Below are positions 7,200-16,989 of a DNA stretch of 29,615 nt, piece after piece. Both the position numbers and the translations under genes were made by a program. The notes beneath the pieces are model-generated. The model saw nothing but the letters and a program-made list of their open reading frames with translations. It was not told the DNA's origin and made no database searches. Source of the DNA: Candidatus Krumholzibacteriia bacterium (GTDB taxonomy: Bacteria > Krumholzibacteriota > Krumholzibacteriia > LZORAL124-64-63); contig JAWOID010000062.1 in assembly GCA_046484865.1 (NCBI GenBank), positions 1-29,615 on the forward strand, in the 5' to 3' direction. Each line of letters opens with the position of its first letter. The first letter of the stretch is position 1.

Positions 7200-9884
7200 A
7201 TGCTGCCGGAGGGACATCCCTACCGCGACCTCATCGACCGCGTGGTCAAGCCCGGTCGCTACACCGGAGGCGAGCACCAGCAGGTGGTCAAGGAGCCCGG
7301 CGCGGTGGCGTGCCGGCTGGCGCTGGCGTATCCCGACGTGTACGAGGTGGGGATGAGCCACCTGGGGCTGAAGATCCTCTACTCGCAGGTGAACCGGCAG
7401 GACGACCTGGCGTGCGAGCGCGTGTTCGCTCCCTGGCCCGACCTCGAGGCGGAACTGCGCGCCGCCGGGGTGCCGCTGGTCACGCTGGAGACGGCCACGC
7501 CGCTGGGCGCGATGGACGTGGTGGGGTTCTCGCTGCAGTACGAGCTGAATCACACCAACATCCTCGCCATGCTCGATCTCGGCGGCATCCCGCGGCGCTC
7601 CGCTGCGCGCGGGGGCGACGATCCGCTGGTGATCGCCGGCGGACCGGTGGCGTTCGCGCCGGAACCGCTGGCCCCGTTCATCGATCTCTTCCTCGTGGGC
7701 GACGGCGAGGAGGAACTGCCGGCCATCATGCGGCAGTGGTCGCGGCTGCGCGACGCCGGCCTGTCGCGCCGCGAGCGACTCGTGCGTCTGGCCAGGGGCG
7801 GGCCGGGGCGGTACGTCCCCGCGCTGTACGAGGTGGCTCGCGATCCCCGCACGGGCCTGCTGGTGGTGCAGCCGCCCGCGGACCCCGAGTTGCCGTTCCC
7901 GGTGACCCGCGCCCACGTGGCGGACATCTCGCGCTACCCCTTCCCCACCGACGCGCCCGTGGCCGAGAGCCACGCCATCTTCGACCGGCACGGCATCGAG
8001 ATCGCGCGCGGCTGCACCGAGGGGTGCCGCTTCTGCCAGGCGGGGATGATCTACCGGCCGGTGCGCGAGCGCAGTCCGGACGAGATCGTCGCGGCGGTCG
8101 TGGCCGGCGTGCGCGAGGCGGGCTACGACGAGGTCTCGCTCACCAGCCTCTCGACGGCCGACTACAGCGCCGTGGCGCCGCTGGTGAGGGAACTGGTGCG
8201 GCGTCTCGAGCCGGAGCGGATCTCGCTGGCCGTCAGCAGCCTGCGCGCCTACGGACTGCCGGAGGAGCTGCTCGACGACGTCGAGAAGGTGCGCGCCACC
8301 AGCCTCACCTTCGCGCCGGAGGCCGGGACCCAGGCCATGCGCGACGTGATCAACAAGAACGTCGACGAGGATCAGCTGCTGGAATCGGTCCGGCGGGTGT
8401 TCGCGCGCAAGTGGGACCACGTGAAGCTCTACTTCATGATCGGTTTGCCCTCCGAGACCGACGACGACGTGCGGGGCATCGTCGAGACCAGCGCCCGCTG
8501 CCAGGAGGTGGGGCTGCGGATGCCCGAGCGCCGCGAGCAGCGGCGACGTCCGGCGCGGGTGACCTGCTCGGTGAGCAGCTTCGTCCCCAAGCCGCACACG
8601 CCGTTCCAGTGGGCGGCCATGGACGACCTGCCGGTCGTCGAGCGCAAGCAGACGCTGCTGGACGACACCGCGCGCCGCCTGGGCGTGACCGTGAAGTATC
8701 ACGATCGCTTCACCAGCCACGTGGAGGGCGTGCTCAGCCGCGGCGACCGGCGCACGGCCGATCTCATCGAGTGGGCCTACGAGCACGGCTGCCGCTTCGA
8801 CGGCTGGGACGAGCACTTCCGCTTCGACCGCTGGATGGAGGGGATCGCCGCGGTGGGCCTGCGGAAGGAAATCTACCTGGGCACCGTCCCCGTGGACGCG
8901 CGACTGCCGTGGGACCACATCGACCCCGGCGTGGAGACGGCCTTCCTCGCGCGCGAGTACCAGCGCGCGCTGAGGGGACGCGTCTCGCCTCCCTGCGGCA
9001 AGCCGGCCGGCGCCACCGTGCACCCGGAATCGCTCGCCGCCGCCCGCGACGGTCTCGCGGCGAAGCTGGTCTGCCATCACTGCGGCATCGCCTGCGATCT
9101 GCAGCAGATGAAGGAGCGCCGGCTCGAGGCGCACCGGCAGCTGGTCGCGCGCAGCGACGAAGCGGTGGTCGGCTCCGGCGGCGAGCGCATCCGGCTGCGG
9201 CTGGTCTACCGCAAGGCGGGCGCCGCCGTCCGGATGACGCATCACGATCTCCTGCGCCTGTGGCCCCGCCTGCTGCGGCGTGCCGGGCTGCCCGTGGTCT
9301 ACACGGAAGGCTTCCATCCGCACGCGAAGCTGTCGTACACCCCCGCCCTGCCCATGGGCATGGAGAGCGACGGCGAGCAGGTGGAGCTGATGCTGCGCGC
9401 GCCGCTGCCGGCGGACGAGGTGGTCGCGGCGCTGGCGCCGCTGCTGCCCGAAGGGATGGAGATCGTGGGCTGCCACCTGGGTGAGCGGCTGTCCATGTCC
9501 CGGCGGCTGACGGCGCTGCGCATGCGGGTGACGTTCGCGCCGCGGCCCGACGCGGGCTTCGCCGCCGTGGCGGACGCTTGCCGCGAGCTGCTCGCGCGCG
9601 AGTCGTGGGTGGTGGTGCGGGACGGCAAGAAGCCGGTCAAGCGGCTGGAGGTGCGGCCGCGGCTGCTGAGCCTGCGGCCGCTGCCCGCGCCGGCCGGCGG
9701 CGGCGGCGACACGCGCTGGGCCGTGGAGTGCACCCTGGGATTCGGCGGTGGCGCCCCCAAGGCAGAGGAACTGGCGGCAGCTCTGGGCGGCGATCCGTCC
9801 ACCTGCGGGGCCCGGCGCCTGGAGTGCGTGCTCGAGCCGGACCTCGAGCCGCAGACCGTCGCGGCGGGTGCCGGGGGGACCTGA
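7200..9884 (+). CDS. TIGR03960-family radical SAM protein fused to a TIGR03936/DUF2344 radical SAM-linked domain
   Basis: VKPGRYTGGE, YPDVYEVGMSHLG, GFSLQYEL, RGCTEGCRFCQAG (CxxxCxxC), TFAPEAG, FVPKPHTPFQW, LPWDHI. The C-terminal HHDLLRLWPRLLRRAGLPVVYTEGFHPHAKLSYTPALPMGMES is DUF2344-like. Confidence 0.92.
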   Translation: MLPEGHPYRDLIDRVVKPGRYTGGEHQQVVKEPGAVACRLALAYPDVYEVGMSHLGLKILYSQVNRQDDLACERVFAPWPDLEAELRAAGVPLVTLETATPLGAMDVVGFSLQYELNHTNILAMLDLGGIPRRSAARGGDDPLVIAGGPVAFAPEPLAPFIDLFLVGDGEEELPAIMRQWSRLRDAGLSRRERLVRLARGGPGRYVPALYEVARDPRTGLLVVQPPADPELPFPVTRAHVADISRYPFPTDAPVAESHAIFDRHGIEIARGCTEGCRFCQAGMIYRPVRERSPDEIVAAVVAGVREAGYDEVSLTSLSTADYSAVAPLVRELVRRLEPERISLAVSSLRAYGLPEELLDDVEKVRATSLTFAPEAGTQAMRDVINKNVDEDQLLESVRRVFARKWDHVKLYFMIGLPSETDDDVRGIVETSARCQEVGLRMPERREQRRRPARVTCSVSSFVPKPHTPFQWAAMDDLPVVERKQTLLDDTARRLGVTVKYHDRFTSHVEGVLSRGDRRTADLIEWAYEHGCRFDGWDEHFRFDRWMEGIAAVGLRKEIYLGTVPVDARLPWDHIDPGVETAFLAREYQRALRGRVSPPCGKPAGATVHPESLAAARDGLAAKLVCHHCGIACDLQQMKERRLEAHRQLVARSDEAVVGSGGERIRLRLVYRKAGAAVRMTHHDLLRLWPRLLRRAGLPVVYTEGFHPHAKLSYTPALPMGMESDGEQVELMLRAPLPADEVVAALAPLLPEGMEIVGCHLGERLSMSRRLTALRMRVTFAPRPDAGFAAVADACRELLARESWVVVRDGKKPVKRLEVRPRLLSLRPLPAPAGGGGDTRWAVECTLGFGGGAPKAEELAAALGGDPSTCGARRLECVLEPDLEPQTVAAGAGGT

Positions 9885-9902
9885 GCGGGTGACGGGGGAA
9901 AC

Positions 9903-11636
9903 CTAGCCCGCGGAACCCTGGCCGGCGGGAACCTGGCTCGCGGGGTACTTCGCGGCGAACCGCGAGATGGCCTCGACATCGCCCACCAAAACCAGCTCGT
10001 CGCCAGGGTTCAGGGGCACCGCCGGATCCGGATTGACCATCAAGTCCGCGTCGTCGCGCTTGACCGCGATCACGCTGCAGCCGGTCTCCTCGCGGATCTG
10101 CAGGTGCCGCAACGAGCGCCCGGCGAGCCTCGGGTCGACCACGGTCCTGAAGATGTTCAGGCTCTCCGACAGCATGAGGTGGCTGCCGGGCCTCAGCAGG
10201 TTGACGATGGTCGCCGTGGTGATGGAGCTGTAGGACATCACCAGGTTCGCGCCGGCGCGGTGCAGCGTGTTCACGTTGCGGTTGAGGCTGGCACGGCTGA
10301 TGATCTGCGCTTCCGGACGCAGCCGCCGGCAGTAGATGGTCAGGTAGATGTTCAGGTCGTCGTCGTGCGTGGTGATGATGATCGACGGCGTCTGCTCGAT
10401 CCCCGCCTCGAGCAGGACCGCGTGATCGGCGGCGCTGCCGGTGATCACCCTCCGGTCGTGCTTGCCGATCGAACCGCGCTTCTCCACCACGCGGAAGTCG
10501 ATCTGCCGCTGATCGAGGCTGTCGGCCACCGCCTGTCCCACGCGGCCGCCGCCGAGGATCAGCACCGGTCCCCGTCGCGGCTCCGGCGGGAAGGGCGGGC
10601 GGACCTGCTCCTGGAAACGGTCGAGCTGGGTGCGCGTCCCCGCCAGGACGAGCACCGTCGACGGGGTCACTCGCGTGTCCGGCGTCGGCAACCGGAACGT
10701 GCCCTGGTCCCACACCCCCACCACGTTCACCCCCGTCCGCTCCCGCAGCTTGCTGCCGGCCAGCGTCTGGTCGATCAGATCCGTCGCCATGGCCGGCAGC
10801 TCGGCGACCACCAGATCGTCGAGGCTGCCGATGATGTTGGCGTCGAGACTGACGCCGAGCACGCGCCGGGCGAGGGCATGCCCGAGCAGCCGGTGGAACT
10901 GGAAGACGTGCTTGCTGCCGGCGAGCTTGAGGATGTCCAGGGAATCGTCGTGATCGGCGTTGGCCACGGTCGTCACGTGCTCGCAGATCTCGCGGACGGT
11001 GTAGATGATGTTCGTGCTGGTGACGTCGTCGTTGAGCACGACGACCATGGCCGCGTCGTGGACGCGCAGGTTGCGGTAGGTGTCGGGGTGGTTCTGATCG
11101 CCGACCATCACCCGATAGCCGCGGTCGAAGAGTTCCAGGGCCTGCGGCAGGTCGGGTACCAGGACGACGCTGGTGAACCCGAGCTGGTCGAGCCGCTGAA
11201 TGAGGTTGGCGCCAACGTCGTCGAAGCGGGTCAGGACCACGTGGCCCTTCATGGTCTCGGGCAGGACGCGGGGCGCGCGCGCCCGGTTCTGGGCGTCCAG
11301 CCAGGGCGCGTAGAAGAACTGGATGAAGGTGAAAGGCAGCATCACGAGCAGGAAGACGATCCCGCTGAGGAGCACCAGCATCGAGAAGATCCGCCCGGCG
11401 TCACTGGCGAAGGTGATGTCGCCGAAGCCCAGGGTGGACATCACCGTCAGCGTCCAGTAGAAGCCCGTCACCCACGAGTGCTTCTGGCCCTCCTGCTCCA
11501 TGATCACGTGGAAGAGCAGGCTGTAGATGGTGATGATGGCGGCCAGCGAGAGCAGGAAGCGGACCAGCAGCCGGACGTTGCTCTGGCGGCCGCCACCATG
11601 CATCAAGGCCGTCAGCTGCGAGATCATGAACTTCAC
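9903..11636 (-). CDS. Potassium channel family protein (2-TM pore + tandem TrkA-N/TrkA-C RCK domains)
   Basis: YWTLTVMSTLGFGDITF pore helix and filter between two TM helices; GGGRVG Rossmann motif; two TrkA-C-like segments (KLRERTGVNVVGV; QIREETGCSVIAV). GTG start at 11636 (MKFMISQL) follows a GAGAGG RBS. Confidence 0.9.
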   Translation of the reverse strand: MKFMISQLTALMHGGGRQSNVRLLVRFLLSLAAIITIYSLLFHVIMEQEGQKHSWVTGFYWTLTVMSTLGFGDITFASDAGRIFSMLVLLSGIVFLLVMLPFTFIQFFYAPWLDAQNRARAPRVLPETMKGHVVLTRFDDVGANLIQRLDQLGFTSVVLVPDLPQALELFDRGYRVMVGDQNHPDTYRNLRVHDAAMVVVLNDDVTSTNIIYTVREICEHVTTVANADHDDSLDILKLAGSKHVFQFHRLLGHALARRVLGVSLDANIIGSLDDLVVAELPAMATDLIDQTLAGSKLRERTGVNVVGVWDQGTFRLPTPDTRVTPSTVLVLAGTRTQLDRFQEQVRPPFPPEPRRGPVLILGGGRVGQAVADSLDQRQIDFRVVEKRGSIGKHDRRVITGSAADHAVLLEAGIEQTPSIIITTHDDDLNIYLTIYCRRLRPEAQIISRASLNRNVNTLHRAGANLVMSYSSITTATIVNLLRPGSHLMLSESLNIFRTVVDPRLAGRSLRHLQIREETGCSVIAVKRDDADLMVNPDPAVPLNPGDELVLVGDVEAISRFAAKYPASQVPAGQGSAG

Positions 11637-11983
11637 GGTCGCAGCGCCTCTCGCCTCGGGTGGCCGGCCAAGGTCGTGTGAACGTCCAGCGGCCGATCGC
11701 TGACGAGGGCCGGAATGGACGGAACGAACTATGAGCAGCGAGGCGATCGCGGTCAATCGATGACATGGATCGAAGAATGTGCTCGAGCGGGTTGCGGCGA
11801 GCGCCCGCGGTATGGTACTGGAGATAGCGGAGCCGTTGCCGGTGCGGCGCCGCGTGCGTCCGGCAATCTTCTTCCTTAGCCTGTCGAAGTGCGAAGCGAA
11901 ACGCGAAGACATGACGAACGCCGCGCGGCGGCGTGATCACGCGGGCACCGCCTGCGACCCTTCTCTGCCTCTGGAGGTGACCC

Positions 11984-12667
11984 ATGAGCGTGAAGCTGAC
12001 GTGGTACGGGCATGCCTGCTTCCTGTTCGAGGCGAGCGGCCATCGCATCCTGGTCGATCCGTTCCTCACGGACAACCCGCAGGCCAGCGTGAAGGCGGGC
12101 GAGGTACGCGCCGACTTCATCGTGGTCTCCCATGGCCACGGCGATCACCTGGGCGACACCGTGGCGATCGCCAAGCGCACCGGCGCCACCGTGATCAGCA
12201 ACTTCGAGATCGTCGGCTGGCTGCAGAACCAGGGGTTGAAGAAGCTTCACCCGCAGCACATCGGGGGCGGCTTCGACCATCCCTTCGGACGGCTGAAGCT
12301 GACCCAGGCCCTGCACGGATCGGCGCTCCCCGACGGCAGCTACGGCGGCAATCCCGCCGGCCTGCTCTTCTCCTTCGACGAGCTGAAGATCTATCACGCC
12401 TGCGACACCGGGCTCTTCGGAGACATGGAGCTCATCGGCGACGAGGGGATCGACCTGGCCATCCTGCCCATCGGCGACAATTTCACCATGGGGCCCGACG
12501 ACGCGCTGCGCGCGGTGCAGTTGATCCGTCCCCGCAAGGTGGTCCCGATCCACTACAACACGTTCGACATGATCAAGCAGGACCCGCACGCCTGGGCCAT
12601 GCGGGTGGGCAAGGAGACCGACGCCCGCGCCATCGTCCTCGACCCTGGTCAGGGCTTCGAACTGTAG
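11984..12667 (+). CDS. UPF0173 metal-dependent hydrolase (metallo-beta-lactamase fold)
   Basis: LTWYGHACF, VDPFLTDNP, SHGHGDH (HxHxDH), YHACDTGLFGDM, LPIGDNFTMGP, PIHYNTF; GGAGG RBS. Confidence 0.93.
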   Translation: MSVKLTWYGHACFLFEASGHRILVDPFLTDNPQASVKAGEVRADFIVVSHGHGDHLGDTVAIAKRTGATVISNFEIVGWLQNQGLKKLHPQHIGGGFDHPFGRLKLTQALHGSALPDGSYGGNPAGLLFSFDELKIYHACDTGLFGDMELIGDEGIDLAILPIGDNFTMGPDDALRAVQLIRPRKVVPIHYNTFDMIKQDPHAWAMRVGKETDARAIVLDPGQGFEL

Positions 12668-12688
12668 CCGGCCGGCCGGGAACCAACG

Positions 12689-12734
12689 CCGGCCGCCGAC
12701 GGTGGCCGACGGCTCCGGCCGCCGACGGTGGCCG
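12689..12734. repeat. Two 20-bp direct repeats, each a GC-rich hairpin, downstream of the hydrolase gene
   Basis: ccggccgccgacggtggccg at 12689-12708 and 12715-12734; internal stem cggccgcc/ggtggccg with one G-T pair. Confidence 0.7.
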
Positions 12735-12911
12735 CCGACACTGGTGCCGGCCCAAAGCGCTGACGGCGGCCCCCGGCCGCCCCGAACCTGGGGTCAATCC
12801 CGGGTCTGCGGATGGGTGCGACCCGGAACCGTGACCGACCCGTTGCTGTTTCAGCCTGCACGTTATCCGCCCCTGTGCCCTGGAGGCACGCACGTCGACC
12901 CGGAGTATCCC

Positions 12912-15362
12912 GTGACCCGATCCGGCTGCCGCGACATCCTGCCCGACGACGACCTCGCGCCCGATCTGGCGCTCGACGACGGCGTCTACCGGCAGCTCTT
13001 CGCCGCCCTCGAAGCAGGGCTCGCCGTCGCCGAACTCGTCCGCGACGAGCAGGGCCGGCCCTGCGACATCCGCGTGCTCGACGCCAACCCGGCTTTCGGC
13101 CGTCTGCTCCGCATTGCGCCGGCGCGAGCGGTGGGACGAACGGTGCGCGATCTGTCGCCGCATGCGGAGAAGCGGTGGTTCGAGCGTTGCGGCCAGGTCG
13201 TGGACACGGGCGAGCCCACGCGCTTCCGGGCCGAGGCCAGTCGGCTGGACCGCTGGTTCGACGTGTCGGTTTTCAGCCTCGGCGGCGAGCGATTCGCCGT
13301 GCTCCTGGCGGACGCCACGGAGCGACAGCGCACGGAGAAGGCCTTGCGCGAGGTCGGCGACCGGTTCCACTCGGTCCTCGAGAACTCGCGGGACGTGGTC
13401 TACCGTCGCGATCTGCTGCACGACCGCTACGATTTCCTCAGCCCCGCGATCGAGCGCATCACCGGCATCCCGGCGGCGGAGTTCGCATTGCTGCCGGCGA
13501 CGGAGGTGATCGAGCGCATCCACCCGGACGACCGCGACCACGTCGACTCGGCTCTCACTGACGCGATGGAGCGAGGCGAGGGCACCGTGGAGTACCGCTT
13601 CCGCTGCGACGACGACGTCTACCGGTGGCTGGCCGACTCCTTCACGGTGCAACGGGACGACGAGGGTCAGCCGCGCTACCGCGGCGGCAGCGTGCGCGAC
13701 GTGACCGCTCGGAAGGAGGCGGAGCGCGCGCTCACCGAGGCTCATCTCCACAATGCGCGGAACCTGGCACAGATGGACGCGGTCCTGAACCAGATGACCG
13801 ACGGCCTGGTCGTCTTCGACCCCGACGGCCGACTGCTGGCGATGAACCCGGCGGCGCGCGATCTGCACGGAGTGAAGGGCGACTCGCTGCAGGAGCGCGA
13901 TCTCGAGGACATGGCCGCGCTGTTCCAGGTCACCGACCTGGACGGGCGCCGTCTGCCCACCCAGCACTGGCCCTTCGGCCGCGCGCTGCGGGGCGAGTGG
14001 TTCGACAGCTACGAGGTGCGGGTGGTCCGGCACGAGAGCGGCGAGTCGTGGATCGGCTCGTACGGCGGCACCCCCGTCCTGGACGACTCCGGCCGGATGA
14101 TCCTGGCCGTGGTCACGGTGCGCGATGTCACCGACCGCTACCGGACCGAGCAGCGGCTGCGCGAACTGACCGCGGATCTCGAGCGGCAGGTCTTCGACCG
14201 CACGAAGGTGCTGGAGAAGCAGACGTATCACCTGCGCCGGCTGGCCACCGAGTTGACGGTGACGGAGCAGCGGGAGCGGCGGCGGCTGGCCGATTTCCTC
14301 CACGACCACCTGCAGCAACTCCTCGTGGCCGGCAAGATGCGCCTGAGCGGCGCCCGGGCCTCCGGCGATTCCCGTCGCCAGTTCGAGTCGCTGCGGATGG
14401 TCGACGGTCTCCTGGACGAGTGCCTGCACGCATCGCGCAGCCTCACCGCCGAGCTGCGGCCGGCGGTGCTGCACGACGACGACGTGCTCGCCGCACTGCG
14501 CTGGCTGGCCGAGCAGATGCGGACGCGGCACGGCCTGGAGGTGACGCTCGAGGCCGACTGCGAGCCGCGCCTGGCGGACGAGCGCCTGCGCGTGCTGCTC
14601 TTCGAGAGCGTGCGCGAGCTGCTGTTCAACGTCGTCAAGCACGCCGGGGTCGAGTCGGCAAGGGTGGAGGTGCGGACGATCGCGCCGGACCACCTGCAGG
14701 TCACCGTGAGCGATGCCGGCAGCGGCTTCGCGGGCGGGGCCGACGTGGTGGTGAACTCGCCGGGTCACTACGGTCTCTTCAGCATCCGCGAGCGCCTCTA
14801 CGCCCTCGGCGGGCGCCTGACGGTGCACAGCGAGCCCGGTGCCGGCACGACGATGACGCTGGTGGTGCCTCTCGGCGACGCCGTGGCGGAATTGGACCAC
14901 CCCCACGAGCGGATCGCCACGAGGCCGCGAGGCTCGAAGAAGGCCCGCGCGACCAAGCACGGACCGGTGCGCGTGCTGCTGGTGGACGACCACGCCATCG
15001 TGCGCGAAGGTCTGGCCAACCTGCTCGACGACGACCCGCGCCTCGAGGTGGCCGGACAGGCGGGCGACGGTCAGGACGCCCTGGACTGGCTCCACCAGCA
15101 CGAGGCCGACGTGGCGCTCATGGACGTGAACATGCCGCGCCTGGACGGGGTGAGAGCCACCGCCGAGATCGCGCGACGCTGGCCGGATATCGCCGTGGTA
15201 GGACTCTCGATCCAGGACGATCCGGGCACGGAGGCCGCCATGCGCGACGCCGGCGCCCGCGACTACCTGAACAAGGCCGGCGACCCCGGTGCCCTGGTGC
15301 GCGCCATCCTCGCCGCCGCAGGGCGCGGCGGAGACACGAAGGCGGCCGAAGCGGCTGATTGA
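12912..15362 (+). CDS. Hybrid sensor histidine kinase: 3 PAS domains + HisKA_3/HATPase + C-terminal receiver
   Basis: PAS motifs (DANPAF, IHPDDR, AMNPAA); H-box ERRRLADFLHDHLQQLL; N-box RELLFNVVKHAG; DAGSGF and GLFSIRERL; NarL-type receiver LLVDDHAIVREGL...MDVNMPRLDG with no HTH. GTG 12912 with GGAG RBS chosen as start. Confidence 0.9.
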   Translation: MTRSGCRDILPDDDLAPDLALDDGVYRQLFAALEAGLAVAELVRDEQGRPCDIRVLDANPAFGRLLRIAPARAVGRTVRDLSPHAEKRWFERCGQVVDTGEPTRFRAEASRLDRWFDVSVFSLGGERFAVLLADATERQRTEKALREVGDRFHSVLENSRDVVYRRDLLHDRYDFLSPAIERITGIPAAEFALLPATEVIERIHPDDRDHVDSALTDAMERGEGTVEYRFRCDDDVYRWLADSFTVQRDDEGQPRYRGGSVRDVTARKEAERALTEAHLHNARNLAQMDAVLNQMTDGLVVFDPDGRLLAMNPAARDLHGVKGDSLQERDLEDMAALFQVTDLDGRRLPTQHWPFGRALRGEWFDSYEVRVVRHESGESWIGSYGGTPVLDDSGRMILAVVTVRDVTDRYRTEQRLRELTADLERQVFDRTKVLEKQTYHLRRLATELTVTEQRERRRLADFLHDHLQQLLVAGKMRLSGARASGDSRRQFESLRMVDGLLDECLHASRSLTAELRPAVLHDDDVLAALRWLAEQMRTRHGLEVTLEADCEPRLADERLRVLLFESVRELLFNVVKHAGVESARVEVRTIAPDHLQVTVSDAGSGFAGGADVVVNSPGHYGLFSIRERLYALGGRLTVHSEPGAGTTMTLVVPLGDAVAELDHPHERIATRPRGSKKARATKHGPVRVLLVDDHAIVREGLANLLDDDPRLEVAGQAGDGQDALDWLHQHEADVALMDVNMPRLDGVRATAEIARRWPDIAVVGLSIQDDPGTEAAMRDAGARDYLNKAGDPGALVRAILAAAGRGGDTKAAEAAD

Positions 15363-15463
15363 CCTGCTTCCCCTGCATCAACGGATTCATCGTCGCCCGA
15401 CCGAGCTTGCCGGCAACCCGCCCGTCCCCGCACGATTGATCCCGCCCAGCACAGCATTCGCTG

Positions 15464-15493
15464 GTGACACGGACAGCGCATCCGTGATAAGAT
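15464..15493 (+). promoter_or_regulatory. Candidate sigma70 (extended -10) promoter for the MBOAT-SGNH pair
   Basis: GTGACA (15464-15469)-18 nt-TAAGAT (15488-15493) with TG at 15485-15486; overlaps the imperfect palindrome GATAAGATCTCTATC. Confidence 0.4.
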
Positions 15494-15539
15494 CTCTATC
15501 GTCCAATATCCGCATCCCCCGGGCAAACATGGTCTCCAG

Positions 15540-16982
15540 ATGCTGTTCAACTCGCTGGAATTCCTGCTCTTCTTCCCGGCCGTCGTCGCCCTCTACTTCG
15601 GGATGCCTCCGCGGTTCCGGTGGGTCCTGCTCCTGGCGGCGAGTTACTATTTCTACGCGAGTTGGCGCGTCGAATATCTGTCCCTGATCATCATCTCGAC
15701 CGTCGTCGATTACGTTGCCGGCCTCGGCCTCGGAGCGGCGACGAGCCGGAAACTTCGCAGGCTATGGCTCGGGCTGAGCCTTACGACCAACTTGGGCCTT
15801 CTGTTCGCCTTCAAGTACTACGGTTTCTTCAGCGATTCTCTCGCAGCTCTCTCCGGCAGCCTCGGACGCGACGTCATGTTCCCGGAACTTCAGATCCTGC
15901 TCCCGGTGGGCATTTCCTTCTACACGTTCCAGACCCTCAGCTACACGATCGATGTCTACAACCGCAAGCGGCCACCAGAAAGGCACCTGGGCATATTCGC
16001 GGTGTACGTTTCCTTCTTCCCGCAACTGGTGGCCGGACCGATCGAGCGCTCGACCAGCTTGCTACCCCAGTTCAGACAGGTGCATGTCCTCGAAGCATCG
16101 CGAGTCGCGACCGGTTTGCGCCTGATCCTCTGGGGCTTCGTGAAGAAGGTCGTGATCGCCGACCGACTCGCCCTGTACGTCGACGTGGTCTACGACGATC
16201 CTTCATCCTTCGGGGGCGCAGCGCTCATCACGGCGTCCATCTTGTTCGCGGTCCAGATCTACTGCGATTTCTCCGGCTACTCGGATATCGCCATCGGCAC
16301 GGCCAGGATCATGGGTTTCGATCTGATGACGAATTTCAGACAGCCGTATTTCGCCAGTTCCATCAGGGAATTCTGGCAGCGGTGGCACATCTCCCTGTCC
16401 ACGTGGTTTCGCGATTACGTCTATATCCCGCTCGGGGGAAGTCGCAACGGTGCCGTGCTCACGTACGCGAACCTGCTGGTGACATTCATCATCAGCGGTC
16501 TCTGGCATGGCGCGAACTGGACCTTCGTTGTATGGGGCGCGCTGCATGGAATGTACCTGGCGACATCGAACATGACGTCCGGAATCCGGCGCCGCTTCGT
16601 CGCGAGAACCCACGTCGATGCCGTGCCCGGCTTATTGCCGGTCTGGCGGGTGTTCGCCACCAATGTGCTGGTGCTGTTCGGCTGGATCTTCTTCCGAGCG
16701 AATTCGCTCGACGATGCCTTCCTCATCATCGGCCGGATCGCCGGAGGACCGGGCGAGGGGTTGACGGCGCTCGTTGCCGCCTTGCCAGGTAGCACGCACC
16801 GAGACCTCGCGTTCGTCGCTTTCATGATCGGGACGCTCAGCGCCTACGATTACGCGCTTTCGAGGGACTGGCGCATTCTCGGCCGCCCGGCGGTGGTCGG
16901 TACCACACTTTCGCTACAGTTCTGGGCCGTTCTCATCTTCGGCGTGTTCTCGAACCAGCAGTTCATCTACTTCCAGTTCTAG
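15540..16982 (+). CDS. MBOAT family O-acyltransferase (AlgI/PatA-like)
   Basis: MLFNSLEFLLFF, LPVGISFYTFQTLSYTID, FFPQLVAGPIER, YCDFSGYSDIAIG, FWQRWHISLSTWFRDYVYIPLGG, SGLWHGANWTF (catalytic His) and C-terminal FIYFQF. Confidence 0.95.
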   Translation: MLFNSLEFLLFFPAVVALYFGMPPRFRWVLLLAASYYFYASWRVEYLSLIIISTVVDYVAGLGLGAATSRKLRRLWLGLSLTTNLGLLFAFKYYGFFSDSLAALSGSLGRDVMFPELQILLPVGISFYTFQTLSYTIDVYNRKRPPERHLGIFAVYVSFFPQLVAGPIERSTSLLPQFRQVHVLEASRVATGLRLILWGFVKKVVIADRLALYVDVVYDDPSSFGGAALITASILFAVQIYCDFSGYSDIAIGTARIMGFDLMTNFRQPYFASSIREFWQRWHISLSTWFRDYVYIPLGGSRNGAVLTYANLLVTFIISGLWHGANWTFVVWGALHGMYLATSNMTSGIRRRFVARTHVDAVPGLLPVWRVFATNVLVLFGWIFFRANSLDDAFLIIGRIAGGPGEGLTALVAALPGSTHRDLAFVAFMIGTLSAYDYALSRDWRILGRPAVVGTTLSLQFWAVLIFGVFSNQQFIYFQF

Positions 16983-16989
16983 GAGCGTC

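Noticed and set aside
6363..9484. ORFs 6363..9476(-) and 7310..9484(+)
   Set aside because: Antisense and alternate frames of the radical SAM gene with no recognisable motifs.
11637..11912. N-terminal extension of the K+ channel ORF to 11912
   Set aside because: Crosses the AT-richer divergent promoter region and shows no channel-like sequence; GTG 11636 has an RBS.
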